DNA from: Halomicronema hongdechloris C2206
Lineage (GTDB): Bacteria > Cyanobacteriota > Cyanobacteriia > Phormidesmidales > Phormidesmidaceae
Length of the DNA stretch: 32,000 bases
Reading direction: 5' to 3'
NCBI RefSeq assembly: GCF_002075285.3
Contig: NZ_CP021983.2
Span: 3,120,001 to 3,152,000 of the forward strand
Position numbers and translations under genes: made by a program. The notes below the pieces were generated by a model. That model was not told the DNA's origin. It ran no database searches and saw only the letters and a list, made by a program, of their open reading frames with translations. Shown here in pieces: positions 14,734 to 24,280 of this stretch. How positions within the stretch are numbered: the first letter of the stretch is position 1; each line of letters begins with the position of its first letter.

Positions 14734-16601
14734 GTGACTGCTTCTCGGCCTTTAGTTGCCCTAGCAACGACTCCCACTGCCCTCAATACCCTGCTACCGG
14801 TCTGTGTTGCAGTCCAGGCAGAACTTTGGTTCCCGGCGAAATTAACCGCTTCAGTGCAGCACCCTGGCGGGGTAGTCCTGCGGGCTTACCAGGGACCGTT
14901 GCGGCAGATCTTAGCGTCCCTGTGGCCAGAGCGCCCCGGGTTTATCTTCGGATTGGCCACTGGGGCAGTGGTGCGGTTGATTGCCCCCCTATTGCAAGAC
15001 AAGGCCACCGACCCGGCAGTGGTGGTGGTGGATGCCGCTGGGAAGTTTGTCATCAGCCTCTGCGGTGGGCATCAAGGGGGAGCCGATGGGCTAGCCCGAG
15101 AGGTGGCCCAATATCTGCAGGCCACGCCGGTACTGACTGGCGCCGCTAACCATCAAACCTTACCGGGCATCGATGTGCTGGGGCATCCCTTTGGCTGGCG
15201 ACGGGGCCAGGGCGATTGGACGGGGTCAGTGCGACCATTGCCCAGGGCCAGCCGGTGGCCATCGTGCAGGAGGCGGGCACGGCGCTGTGGCAGCAGCATC
15301 TGCCTGCAGACCATCCGTTTCAGTGGCCAGATACAGATAGTTCCTCGGCTGCACCCCAGGCTCGGGTATGGATCAGTCCTCGGCAACGGCAGATGTCCCC
15401 CGGGGAAGGCCTGCCCCAAGGTCAGTGGCATCCGCGGGTGTTGTGGGTGGGGGTCGGTTGCGAACGGGGCACGGCCCAGGCCTTAATCGCCCAGGCCATC
15501 GAGCAGATCTGTGGGCACTATGGCCTGGCGGTAGATGCGATCGCAGGTCTCGCCAGCCTCGAGCTCAAGGCCGATGAACCGGGGCTGGTGGCCCTCTGCC
15601 AAGACCATCACTGGCCCCTGCAGCTATTTTCTTCAGCCCATCTCAGCACCATACAGGTGCCCCATCCCTCAGCAGTGGTGGCGCAGGCGGTGGGCACTCC
15701 CAGCGTGGCAGAAGCGGCGGCTCTGGCGGCGGCCCAAGCGTCGAGCGCACAAGCGACAACTCCTCCCTTGCTGGTGCCCAAGCAGGTGCGGCGGCAGCCA
15801 GGAGTATCGGGGGCAGTTACCCTCGCCATTGCCCAAGCCTCGCGTGAGTATACCGGGCGAGAGGGGCACCTGGCCCTAGTGGGCACTGGACCTGGCAGCT
15901 TAGATCAGCTCACCCCAGCTGCCAAGGGGGCCATTACCCGGGCCGATGTGGTCATCGGCTATGGCCTCTATGTGGATTTAATTCGGCCGCTGCTGCGACC
16001 GGGGCAGATCGTGGAAGCCCTGCCCATTAGCCAAGAGCGACAACGGGCACGGCGCGCCATTGAATTAGCTCGCTGGGGCCTATCGGTGGCAGTGGTCTCC
16101 TCCGGGGACTGTGGCATCTATGGCATGGCCGGGTTGGTGCTGGAGCACCTAGCACTCAGCGATTGGGATGGTCAGACCCCAGCTGTGGCTGTTTACCCTG
16201 GCATCACCGCCCTGCAAGCGGCGGCGGCTCGGGTGGGGGCGCCGTTAATGCACGACTTTTGCGCCATCAGCCTCAGCGATTTACTCACTCCCTTAGCGGT
16301 GATCGAGCAACGGCTTACGGCGGCGGCAACAGCCGACTTTGTGGTGGCCCTGTACAATCCCCAGTCCCAGCGACGCACCGAGCCCCTGGCCCTGGCCCAT
16401 CGAATTTTTCTGGCCCACCGCCCCGGCAATACCCCGGTGGCCATCGTGCGGGCCGCCTATCGACCGCAGGAAACGGTTATCTGCACCACCCTGGATCAGC
16501 TGTTGGGGCATCCCATCGACATGGTGACGGTGGTCTTGATTGGCAACCGCACCAGTCGCCTACACCAAGGCTGGATGATCACCCCCCGGGGCTATCTCTG
16601 A
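14734..16601 (+). CDS. bifunctional CbiG (cobalt-precorrin-5A hydrolase) / CobJ-CbiH (precorrin-3B C17-methyltransferase) fusion, with an apparent frameshift at a G-run (15222-15225)
   Basis: Frame 1 (GTG 14734) gives a CbiG N-domain (GLATGAVVRLIAPLLQDKATDPAVVVVDAAGKFVISLCGGHQGGADGLAREVA ... GQGDWTG) and then degenerates to Arg-rich nonsense. The frame of ORF 15216..16601 continues sensibly (VSATIAQGQPVAIVQEAG ...). It ends in a tetrapyrrole methylase domain (GHLALVGTGPGSLDQLTPAAKGAITRADVVIGYGLYVDLI ... SSGDCGIYGMAG). One extra G in ACGGGGTCAGT would fuse the two. Confidence 0.85.
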
Positions 16602-16628
16602 TCGCCGTATTCAATTGACGCCTCCAGC

Positions 16629-17534
16629 TCAGCAAGTCGCTGCAGCTGGCTTTGAGCTCGGCCTGGCCCAGGGAGCATTGTTCTGGGTGAGGTAGAGAGT
16701 GCGGGCGTAGTCTAATACGGTGCGGGCATCCTCGTACTGCTGCAGGCGGATGAAGGTCAGCCCAGCGCTGTAGTAGGCATTGGCATAGGTGGGGCGTAGG
16801 TCTGTGGCCTGGCGAAAGCTATCGAGGGCTGCCTGTAGCTGGCCCTGGTTAAAGAGGGCGACTCCAAGGTTGTAGTGGGCTTCGGGATATTGCTCCTGAA
16901 GACTCAGGGCTCGCCGGAAGGCGACCTCGGCTTCCCCGGGTTGTCCCTGGTTTAGATAAATCAACCCCACATGGTAAGACGGCTCCGGGGCATTTGGATT
17001 GCTCTGGATGGCCCGTTGCAAGGATGCGATCGCAGCCTCCGGATTGCCCCGGACTCGATGCACCAAACCCAGATTGTAATGGGCAATGCCCAGGTCTGGT
17101 TGAATCTCAATGGCCCGTTCCAAATAATCGGTGGCTTGCTCCAGATTATTGCCCTCGATCAGAGCTGCCCCCAAATTGGCATAGGCCATCGCCAATTGCG
17201 GATCGGCCTGAATCGCCTGCCAAAAGGCATCTGCCGCCGCTTGCAGTTGCCCCTGCTGCCGATAGGCCAGTCCCAAATTATAGTGGGCTGGGGCCAGAGT
17301 AGCATCCAGCTGCGCCGCCTGCCGAAAGGCTGCAATAGCTGCCTCAACCTGCCCTTGTTTGATCAGTTGCAGGCCCCGGTCCAATTCGGCCTCAGCCGCC
17401 GAGGAATTCCCTGCCGGAGTCTGATCCTGAGCCCACAGCGGCTGCGTCAACTGGGGAAAGTCGGCCCATCCCGCCAAGATGATACCGAGGACACCAATGA
17501 TGACTCCCTTAGGGATAGCGCCTTGCTTAACCAT
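16629..17534 (-). CDS. TPR-repeat protein with N-terminal membrane anchor or signal
   Basis: N-terminal hydrophobic segment VIIGVLGIILAGWA, then about 7 consecutive 34-aa TPR units (AHYNLGLAYRQQGQLQAAADAFWQAIQADPQ, AYANLGAALIEGNNLEQATDYLERAIEIQPD and others). Confidence 0.85.
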   Translation of the reverse strand: MVKQGAIPKGVIIGVLGIILAGWADFPQLTQPLWAQDQTPAGNSSAAEAELDRGLQLIKQGQVEAAIAAFRQAAQLDATLAPAHYNLGLAYRQQGQLQAAADAFWQAIQADPQLAMAYANLGAALIEGNNLEQATDYLERAIEIQPDLGIAHYNLGLVHRVRGNPEAAIASLQRAIQSNPNAPEPSYHVGLIYLNQGQPGEAEVAFRRALSLQEQYPEAHYNLGVALFNQGQLQAALDSFRQATDLRPTYANAYYSAGLTFIRLQQYEDARTVLDYARTLYLTQNNAPWARPSSKPAAATC

Positions 17535-17785
17535 TGCCCCATGCCCCCATCCGTTCAGTCGCCCCTTACCTTAGCACTGCCAGCACCAATGCCCCACTAG
17601 TCAGTCGATAGGCCGATTGTAACCAGGACCTGGAAGTTGGCATGCCGTTTAACTCTAAACGTTTGTAACGGATTTTCAGAATTCTCAGACACTTCTCAGG
17701 AGTAACTCATTATCGTATCAGAGGCCTCTTAAGAAATTTTGTAATATTAGTAACAGACGATAAGCTTAAGAAAGGAGCGTCTTCT

Positions 17786-17989
17786 ATGAAACGCCTCGTT
17801 TACGCTCTACTGACAGCGGCCTTAGCCACAGCGGCCTTAGCTCCTGCAGCCGCCGCTGTAGATTGGGATAAACTGCGGCGAGAGAACCTAGACAAAGACC
17901 AAAATTCCCTCGATACCCTACGTACCGAACATCTGGAACTGAAGGTGGACTGGGATAAACTTCGCCGGGAAAACCTAGACAAAGACTAA
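17786..17989 (+). CDS. small secreted protein (67 aa) with a duplicated 14-aa module VDWDKLRRENLDKD
   Basis: AAGGAG lies 8 nt upstream of the ATG. Signal-peptide-like N-terminus MKRLVYALLTAALATAALAPAAAA. The two 42-nt module copies (17858-17899 and 17945-17986) differ at 6 positions, all synonymous. Confidence 0.65.
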   Translation: MKRLVYALLTAALATAALAPAAAAVDWDKLRRENLDKDQNSLDTLRTEHLELKVDWDKLRRENLDKD

Positions 17990-18083
17990 AGGCTGACTCA
18001 GTCGCTTTGCGATAACCGCTGTATGATTTCACACCTTGCCCCCTGGCCCTGTGGTCAGGGGGCCTAACTATTAACACTGTGTG

Positions 18084-18269
18084 GACGTTAGCGCTGTCGA
18101 GGTCGATCCGCGCCTTTGATGGGGTTGCTTTGGAGCAGGTAGTAGGGGCGTTGGCGATCACGGCGATTTGCAGGTCATAAGCCCCAATCGGGGTGCCCTT
18201 GGTTTTGAACTCGGCGCGAATCTTGCCACAAATGGCGGCGGCGGTCCCATCAAAATGCTGGCGACAGTT
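18084..18269 (-). pseudogene. PIN-domain (VapC-like) toxin remnant
   Basis: The minus-strand translation RQHFDGTAAAICGKIRAEFKTKGTPIGAYDLQIAVIAN fits the central VapC pattern (pFD..AA..yG.IRa.L...G.PIG..DL.IAaiA). An in-frame TGA sits immediately upstream (18270-18272). There is no intact N-terminus, and the C-terminal LVT.N..F motif is recoverable only in a shifted frame. Confidence 0.35.
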
Positions 18270-18437
18270 TCATTATCACTCAATAGGCCAGGATAGAATG
18301 GAATCGCTTCGTCGATTTTCTACATCAGGGTGATGGTTTCTTTGGTCAATGCCAAGCGCTCGCAGCTTGCAGAGTGCTCAGTCTACTGTTGGCTGGGTCT
18401 GATGACGCTTCTGGAATCATTATCCAAAGGCATGCCA

Positions 18438-18561
18438 TCAGAGGACATTTGGAAACTCGGCTGAAAGGCCTGAAAGGTAAGCATTTTAGAGTGTATGGCC
18501 CTGCTGGCCAGAAACCAGTCTGGAGAAAGGGTGCAGGGTACTTTCCAAACATCCTCTCAGC
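18438..18561 (+). repeat. 124-bp MITE-like dispersed repeat, copy B
   Basis: Same length and orientation as 14561-14684 (106/124 identical by hand). Its last 5 nt overlap the stop codon region of the ABC ATPase gene (the stop is the complement of 18557-18559). Confidence 0.75.
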
Positions 18562-19279
18562 TGATGGTCGTCGTCAGGTGGCCAATATCGTCAGGGGCCA
18601 GATGATCATCGAGGACTTCTCCGTCGCGGAACCAGACAATGCGTCGGGCCAGACGAGCCACATCGGGCTCGTGGGTCACCATGACAACAGTCATGCCCTC
18701 CCTATTAAGCTGGGCGAAAATCTCCATCACCTCTTGGGTCGTCTGGGAGTCTAAGGCCCCAGTGGGTTCATCTGCTAGCAGCAATAGCGGTTGATTAACA
18801 ATGGCCCGAGCGATAGCTACCCGCTGCTGTTGGCCCCCCGAGAGTTGGGTGGGTTTATTGTGGCGGCGCTGACCCAGCCCCACTTGGGCCAAGGCCGCTG
18901 CGGCTCGGTGCTGGCGTTCTGCCGTTGGCACACTGCCGTAGATCATGGGTAACTCCACATTCTCTTGGGCCGTCAGTTGCGGCAACAGATGAAATTGCTG
19001 AAAGACGAAACCAATATTGCGATTGCGAATGTGGGCCAGGGCATCATCGTCCAACTGGGCCACGGCCTGGCGGTCGAGATAATAGTCTCCGCTGGTGGGG
19101 CGATCGAGACAGCCGATGATGTTCATGGCGGTGGACTTGCCAGAACCAGATGGCCCCATGATGGCGCAGTATTCACCGGTATCGATGGTCAAGTTGACAT
19201 GCCATAGGGCCCTGACCTCGGTATTACCGGTCCCATAAACCTTGCAGACATCCTGGAAGTGAATCAGAGGAGTGTTCAT
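18557..19279 (-). CDS. ABC transporter ATP-binding protein (MacB/DevA/LolD-type)
   Basis: Walker A GPSGSGKST, Q-loop, ABC signature LSGGQQQRVAIARA, Walker B LLLADEPTGALD, H-loop VMVTHE. 240 aa. Confidence 0.9.
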   Translation of the reverse strand: MNTPLIHFQDVCKVYGTGNTEVRALWHVNLTIDTGEYCAIMGPSGSGKSTAMNIIGCLDRPTSGDYYLDRQAVAQLDDDALAHIRNRNIGFVFQQFHLLPQLTAQENVELPMIYGSVPTAERQHRAAAALAQVGLGQRRHNKPTQLSGGQQQRVAIARAIVNQPLLLLADEPTGALDSQTTQEVMEIFAQLNREGMTVVMVTHEPDVARLARRIVWFRDGEVLDDHLAPDDIGHLTTTIS

Positions 19280-19286
19280 GGATCAG

Positions 19287-20507
19287 TTATGCGCTCCTGA
19301 GGGCCACGATGGGGTCTAGCTTGGCCGCCTGTCGAGCCGGCACGACACCAAAGAACAACCCGATACCGCCGGAAACGCTAACAGCTACGGTAATGGCCAC
19401 CACCGAAATACCTGCCTGAAAAGGGGTGAGGGCGCTAATCACCACGATCCCGCCGACGCCAAGGCCAGTACCAATCACCCCGCCAGCCACCGACAAAATC
19501 ATGGCCTCGATCAGAAACTGCACCAGAATATCTTGTTGGGAGGCTCCAATCGCCTTGCGCAGACCAATCTCTTGGGTGCGTTCCTGCACTGAGACCAGCA
19601 TGATATTCATGATGCCGATGCCCCCCACCAGCAATGAGATACCGGCAATGGCGGCCAACATGATGGTCAGGGCGCCGGTAATGGTGCCGGCAATGTTGAG
19701 CAGGGTATTTTGGCTGTTGATGAAAAAGTCATCATCGCCACGGATATTGTGGCGCAGCCGCAGTAAGTTAGTGATTTGGAACTCGGCAGTATCCATGCTG
19801 TCTCGGTTTTTAGCCGATACCGCAATAAAGGAAACCTCAATGCCGTAGGGAGAGCGGCGACCGACGATGCGGCTGGCCTGGGTGGTAATGGGCATGAGCA
19901 CGGCGTCGTCATAGTTGAGTCCCAGATTCGATCCTTTCTGGGCCATCACGCCAATTACCTCGAAGCTCACGCCCTTGACTCGAATCGACTGACCAATAGG
20001 AGATTGCTGATCAAACAGGCGGTCGGCTAAGTCTGCTCCCATCACCAGCACCTGGCTGCGGCGCTGTAAATCCAGATCGGAGATAAAGCGCCCCTGGGCC
20101 ATGTCAAACCCGCGCACCTGCAGGAATTGTTCATTGCTGCCCACCACACTGGCGTTGGCACTGCGGTTGCGGTAAGTGATCAATTCTCGGGTATTAAACT
20201 CTGGAGCCACTCCGGCGACGGTAGGAACTTGATTGTCAATGGCGGTAGCATCGGCCACCACCAGGGTGCGGGGCACATCTAAGCCCCCCAGTTCTCGGGT
20301 TTCTCGGTTACCGGGGACGATGAACAGCACATTGGGTCCCAGGGTTTGCAATTGCTCGTTGACAAACCGCTGCGCCCCTTCGCCGATGCCCACCATGGCA
20401 ATCACAGAGGCATTGCCAATCACAATCCCCAGCATGGTTAAGGCACTGCGGAGGCGGTGGGCGATCAGGGTTCGGGTCGCCATTTTCAGGCTTTCTTGAA
20501 GATCCAT
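19287..20507 (-). CDS. ABC transporter permease, MacB-like periplasmic domain plus FtsX domain (DevC-like)
   Basis: N-terminal TM (ALTMLGIVIGNASVIAMVGIG), a large periplasmic domain, then three C-terminal TM helices with the FtsX-type motif GIGIMNIMLVSVQERTQEIGLRKAIGA. 8 nt upstream of the ATPase gene. Confidence 0.9.
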   Translation of the reverse strand: MDLQESLKMATRTLIAHRLRSALTMLGIVIGNASVIAMVGIGEGAQRFVNEQLQTLGPNVLFIVPGNRETRELGGLDVPRTLVVADATAIDNQVPTVAGVAPEFNTRELITYRNRSANASVVGSNEQFLQVRGFDMAQGRFISDLDLQRRSQVLVMGADLADRLFDQQSPIGQSIRVKGVSFEVIGVMAQKGSNLGLNYDDAVLMPITTQASRIVGRRSPYGIEVSFIAVSAKNRDSMDTAEFQITNLLRLRHNIRGDDDFFINSQNTLLNIAGTITGALTIMLAAIAGISLLVGGIGIMNIMLVSVQERTQEIGLRKAIGASQQDILVQFLIEAMILSVAGGVIGTGLGVGGIVVISALTPFQAGISVVAITVAVSVSGGIGLFFGVVPARQAAKLDPIVALRSA

Positions 20508-20509
20508 GG

Positions 20510-21847
20510 TTAATCGCGGCCAAAGGTCAAGCTTTCTATGGATTGTCCTGGAGGCAGATCGGTGAAGATGCGATCGCCAGGCTCTAGTCCCTCCAGGATC
20601 TGGATCTGCTCCCCAACTTGGGAGCCCAACGTGACGGGGCGAAACTCAATATCACCGCGCTCATCGGGTACCAGCACGCCGGTGCGGCCTTCCTGGGTGA
20701 TGATCGCTACCGCAGGTACCACCAGCGCCTCCTCCAATTGCTCGCCGATGAAGGCCACGGTCACGTTCATATTCGATAGCAACTGCTCTTTACCGGTGAG
20801 CAATTCAATCCGCACTTGAAACAGGGTGACATTTTGGCGTTCGATGGCTTCTGGAGCAATCAACCGCACTCGCCCTCGAAATACTTCTTCTGGAAAGGCA
20901 TCGGCTCGAATTTCTACGGCTTGCCCCGGTTGAATGGCACCAATGTCGGCCTCTGGGACCTCGGCTAGAATTTCAAGATCTTGGGCCAGGGCGACGATAG
21001 CGGTGGAGGTGGCAGAGGTGGCATCGGAAGCAGAAGTCGTAGGGGTGACGAAGGCTCCTTCGGTGGCAAACTTCTGGGTAATCACCCCAGCAAAAGGGGC
21101 TCGCACCAGGGTGTTTTCTAATTGCACCTGGGCTGCCTGTAATTGCGCCTGGGCTTGGGCCAAGCGAGCTCGAGCCTGGGCTTCTGCTTCCGGGGTGGGT
21201 TGCGTGCGCAGATCCTGTAATCGCTGCTCGGCTTCTTGTACCTGAGCCTGGGCCCGCTCATAGGCCGCCTGGGCACTTTGTTGCTCTTGCCTGGCTGTGT
21301 CCAAAGCCTCTAGGGAGATGGCACCGCGGGCCTGGAGCTGGCGGTTGCGTTCTAGCTGGGCATTGGCTAGATCGAGGCGGGCCTGGTTGTCCCGAAGTTG
21401 GGCCTGGGCAGCCTCTAGGGCGGCGCTGGCCTGGGCGATTTCCTGGGGTCGATTGCCATCGAGGACATCTTGCAGTTGGGCTTCGGCTTCGGCCACGGCG
21501 GCTTGGCGTTGGGCGATTTGGGCTTGCTCATCCTCGCTTTCCATGCGGGCAATCAATTGGCCTTGGTTGACCCGATCCCCTTGCTCTACATAGAGGGCCT
21601 GCAGGATGCCGGCATTTTTAGGACTAAGATTGACCGTCTGAATCGGTTGTACGGTCCCACTAGCCGTAATGCGGATGGTCAGGGGTTGCTCTGTCACCGG
21701 TTGTGTCAGGGCTTCAACGTCGTATTGGGGACCGCGATTGCGCCAGAACCAGAGAGCCGATCCAGAGATGATCACCGCGGCTGCTACCCCAATGCCCAGA
21801 ACCCAGAGCCAGGGGCGACGAACTTTTCCAATCAGCGGTAAGTGCAT
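20510..21847 (-). CDS. HlyD-family membrane fusion protein (DevB/MacA-like)
   Basis: TM anchor PWLWVLGIGVAAAVIISG, a lipoyl-like segment, a long Ala/Gln-rich coiled coil, and a beta-barrel C-terminus. The ORF is open to 21976, but the ATG at 21845-21847 (MHLPLIGKVRRPW) sits directly before the TM helix. Ends 3 nt before the permease start. Confidence 0.85.
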   Translation of the reverse strand: MHLPLIGKVRRPWLWVLGIGVAAAVIISGSALWFWRNRGPQYDVEALTQPVTEQPLTIRITASGTVQPIQTVNLSPKNAGILQALYVEQGDRVNQGQLIARMESEDEQAQIAQRQAAVAEAEAQLQDVLDGNRPQEIAQASAALEAAQAQLRDNQARLDLANAQLERNRQLQARGAISLEALDTARQEQQSAQAAYERAQAQVQEAEQRLQDLRTQPTPEAEAQARARLAQAQAQLQAAQVQLENTLVRAPFAGVITQKFATEGAFVTPTTSASDATSATSTAIVALAQDLEILAEVPEADIGAIQPGQAVEIRADAFPEEVFRGRVRLIAPEAIERQNVTLFQVRIELLTGKEQLLSNMNVTVAFIGEQLEEALVVPAVAIITQEGRTGVLVPDERGDIEFRPVTLGSQVGEQIQILEGLEPGDRIFTDLPPGQSIESLTFGRD

Positions 21848-22055
21848 AGGGAAGGGATCAACTCTTTTCCTATTGTGCGGAGATTGGATGGGAAAGTGCA
21901 TCCCACTTTTGTAATGGTCAGCCGAGGGCAACCTGGTCCGCTTTCCTGGCCAGGGGGTGTTGACAGGTGCTCTCAAAGTTGGTCATGGCCGAGAAAGTTG
22001 TCATTCCCAAAATCCACCGGTAGGCTGATAACGGATTTGAGTAGGGCGAGCAGTT

Positions 22056-23147
22056 ATGACGACAGAGGCCCCCATTGGTGTTGCGGTAGTCGGGACTGGG
22101 TTTGGGCAGAAGGTTCATATTCCAGGGTTGCAGGCCCATCACCGCACAAATGTAGTCGCGGTCTATCATCGCGATCTGGAGACGGCCCGTGCGATCGCAC
22201 AGGAGTATCAGATTCCCCACGCTTGTCAGCGGGTCGAAGACATCGTCGCCCTGCCAGAGGTAGATGCCGTCACCATCGCCACCCCGCCCTTCCTGCATCA
22301 TGCCATGGCCACCACTGCCCTCCAGGCCGGAAAGCATGTACTGCTAGAGAAACCCACCACCCTGTCAGTGGAGGAAGCACGGCAACTAGAGGCCCTGGCC
22401 CAGGAGCGCCAGCTGATGGCGGTGATGGACTTCGAATTTCGCTTTGTTCCCGCCTGGCAGCGGCTAGCTCAGCTCCTGGCCGAGGGCTATGTGGGTCAAC
22501 CACGGCTGATCAAAATTGACTGGCTGGTGCCCGGTCGGGCTAATCCGCAGCGCCCCTGGAGTTGGTACGCCCGTCGGGACCAGGGGGGCGGTGCCCTAGG
22601 GGCCTTTGCCTCCCACAGTTTCGACTATATTGCCTGGTTGTTCGGTCCGGTGCGGCGCCTCAGTGCCCGCCTCAGCACGGCCATTCCTCAACGCCCGGAC
22701 CCACAGACAGGGGAACCCAAGCCCGTGGATGCCGATGATACCTGCAGCCTCATCCTAGAGTTAGCCGACGGCACCCCCTGCCAAGTCGCCATTAGCTCGG
22801 TGACCTATGCCGGCCGAGGCCATTGGCTGGAGATCTATGGGGAGCGCGGCACCCTGGTACTGGGCAGCGATAACCTCAAGGACTATGTTCATGGCTTTAG
22901 GCTCTATGGCAGCCAGGAGGGCGCTCCGTTAGAGGAGCTGCCCATTCCAGACCAGCTGGCCTTTCCTAAGACTTACGCAGATGGTCGCATAGCCCCCTTC
23001 ATTCGTGTAGTCAACCACTGGGTTAATTGCATCGATCAGGGCACCCTATCGGCCCCATCAATTCGCGACGGGGTCTATTCCCAGCTGCTAATGGATTTGA
23101 CCCACCAGGCCGATGACTCCGGCACTTGGGTGGCAGTGCCGAATTAA
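22056..23147 (+). CDS. Gfo/Idh/MocA-family NAD(P)-dependent oxidoreductase
   Basis: N-terminal Rossmann motif IGVAVVGTGFGQKVHIPGL, then HVLLEKP typical of the family. 363 aa. Confidence 0.85.
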   Translation: MTTEAPIGVAVVGTGFGQKVHIPGLQAHHRTNVVAVYHRDLETARAIAQEYQIPHACQRVEDIVALPEVDAVTIATPPFLHHAMATTALQAGKHVLLEKPTTLSVEEARQLEALAQERQLMAVMDFEFRFVPAWQRLAQLLAEGYVGQPRLIKIDWLVPGRANPQRPWSWYARRDQGGGALGAFASHSFDYIAWLFGPVRRLSARLSTAIPQRPDPQTGEPKPVDADDTCSLILELADGTPCQVAISSVTYAGRGHWLEIYGERGTLVLGSDNLKDYVHGFRLYGSQEGAPLEELPIPDQLAFPKTYADGRIAPFIRVVNHWVNCIDQGTLSAPSIRDGVYSQLLMDLTHQADDSGTWVAVPN

Positions 23148-23187
23148 GTCGTTCTGTCGTGGTAGTGGGCAGTGGGAGGATCTCAGA

Positions 23188-24261
23188 TTGCATATTGAGT
23201 ATCTGCAGTTCTATGTCGACGAAGCCATGGTTTGGCGTCAGTGGTTTGTGCAGCGGTTTGGCTACCAGTCCCTCGGCAGCCTGACTGACGCCGATCATCA
23301 CAGCGAATTGCTGTGCTGGGGACGGGTGCGGGTGCTGCTAACGGCTCCCTTAAATTCCCTCAGTGCCGCGGCGGCCTACCTGAAGCGGCATCCCCCCGGC
23401 ATCGTCGATGTGGCCTTTCGAGTCGAAGGGTTGGCGGCGTGGTTAGAGCGATTTCGTCGCCTAGGAGGGCGGCTCTGCCGCCCCTTGCAAACCTGGCAGC
23501 GCCAGGGAGCCTGTCTGCGCTGGTGCCAGATTCGCGGCTGGGGTTCCCTGTGCCACACTTTGATCGAGCGACACGGGACCACGCCGCCAGTACCCAATTG
23601 GCCCCAGATAGATGTGCCCAGCCCATCGTCGATGATCATCGACCATGCGGTCCTAAATGTGCCGGCCGGAGAACTCCCCCAAGCCGCCCGCTGGTACGAA
23701 ACCATGTTGGGCTTTCAGTCCCAACAACGATTCGTCATCACCACCCCTCGCTCGGGCTTAGCCAGTGTCGTCTTGTCCCATCCCCAGGGGTCGGCTCAGT
23801 TTCCCATCAACGAACCCACCTCGGCTAATTCTCAGATCCAGGAGTTTCTAAATCACAACCGGGGGGCCGGGATTCAACACGTTGCCATCGAGACTCCCGA
23901 TATTGTCCGTACTGTGGCCCAGCTGCGGCGGCAAGGGGTCAAGTTCTTAGAAGTGCCGTCGACTTACTATGAGCAGCTGCAACAGCGACCAGGCTTTCGA
24001 CCTGAGCAGGCTGACTGGGATGCGATCGCACAACAGCAGATTCTAGTCGATTGGTTACCAGATATCCCCGAGGCCCTGCTACTGCAGACCTTTACCGAAC
24101 CAATTTTCAGGGAACCCACCTGCTTTTTCGAGCTGATCGAACGCTGCCCCTACCGACAGAATCAGCGACTCTGCAAGACCCAGGGATTCGGGGAAGGCAA
24201 CTTCCAGGCCCTGTTCGAGGCCATCGAACGGCAGCAGGCGCAGCGGGGCAGCCTCCAGTAG
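23188..24261 (+). CDS. hppD: 4-hydroxyphenylpyruvate dioxygenase
   Basis: SQIQEFLNHNRGAGIQHVAIETPDI, the EVPSTYY motif and the C-terminal GFGEGNFQALFEAIERQQ are HPPD hallmarks. The ORF is open from 23113, but the TTG at 23188 (MHIEYLQFYVDE, matching the usual HPPD N-terminus) is preceded by GGAGGA at 23175-23180. The start is uncertain. Confidence 0.88.
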   Translation: MHIEYLQFYVDEAMVWRQWFVQRFGYQSLGSLTDADHHSELLCWGRVRVLLTAPLNSLSAAAAYLKRHPPGIVDVAFRVEGLAAWLERFRRLGGRLCRPLQTWQRQGACLRWCQIRGWGSLCHTLIERHGTTPPVPNWPQIDVPSPSSMIIDHAVLNVPAGELPQAARWYETMLGFQSQQRFVITTPRSGLASVVLSHPQGSAQFPINEPTSANSQIQEFLNHNRGAGIQHVAIETPDIVRTVAQLRRQGVKFLEVPSTYYEQLQQRPGFRPEQADWDAIAQQQILVDWLPDIPEALLLQTFTEPIFREPTCFFELIERCPYRQNQRLCKTQGFGEGNFQALFEAIERQQAQRGSLQ

Positions 24262-24280
24262 AACTACAACGCTGAGGGCT

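Noticed and set aside
17784-18161. 125-aa minus-strand ORF overlapping the small secreted-protein gene
   Set aside because: Only its first 25 codons or so belong to the VapC remnant. The rest is antisense to a plus-strand ORF that has a strong RBS, a signal peptide and synonymous-only repeat divergence.
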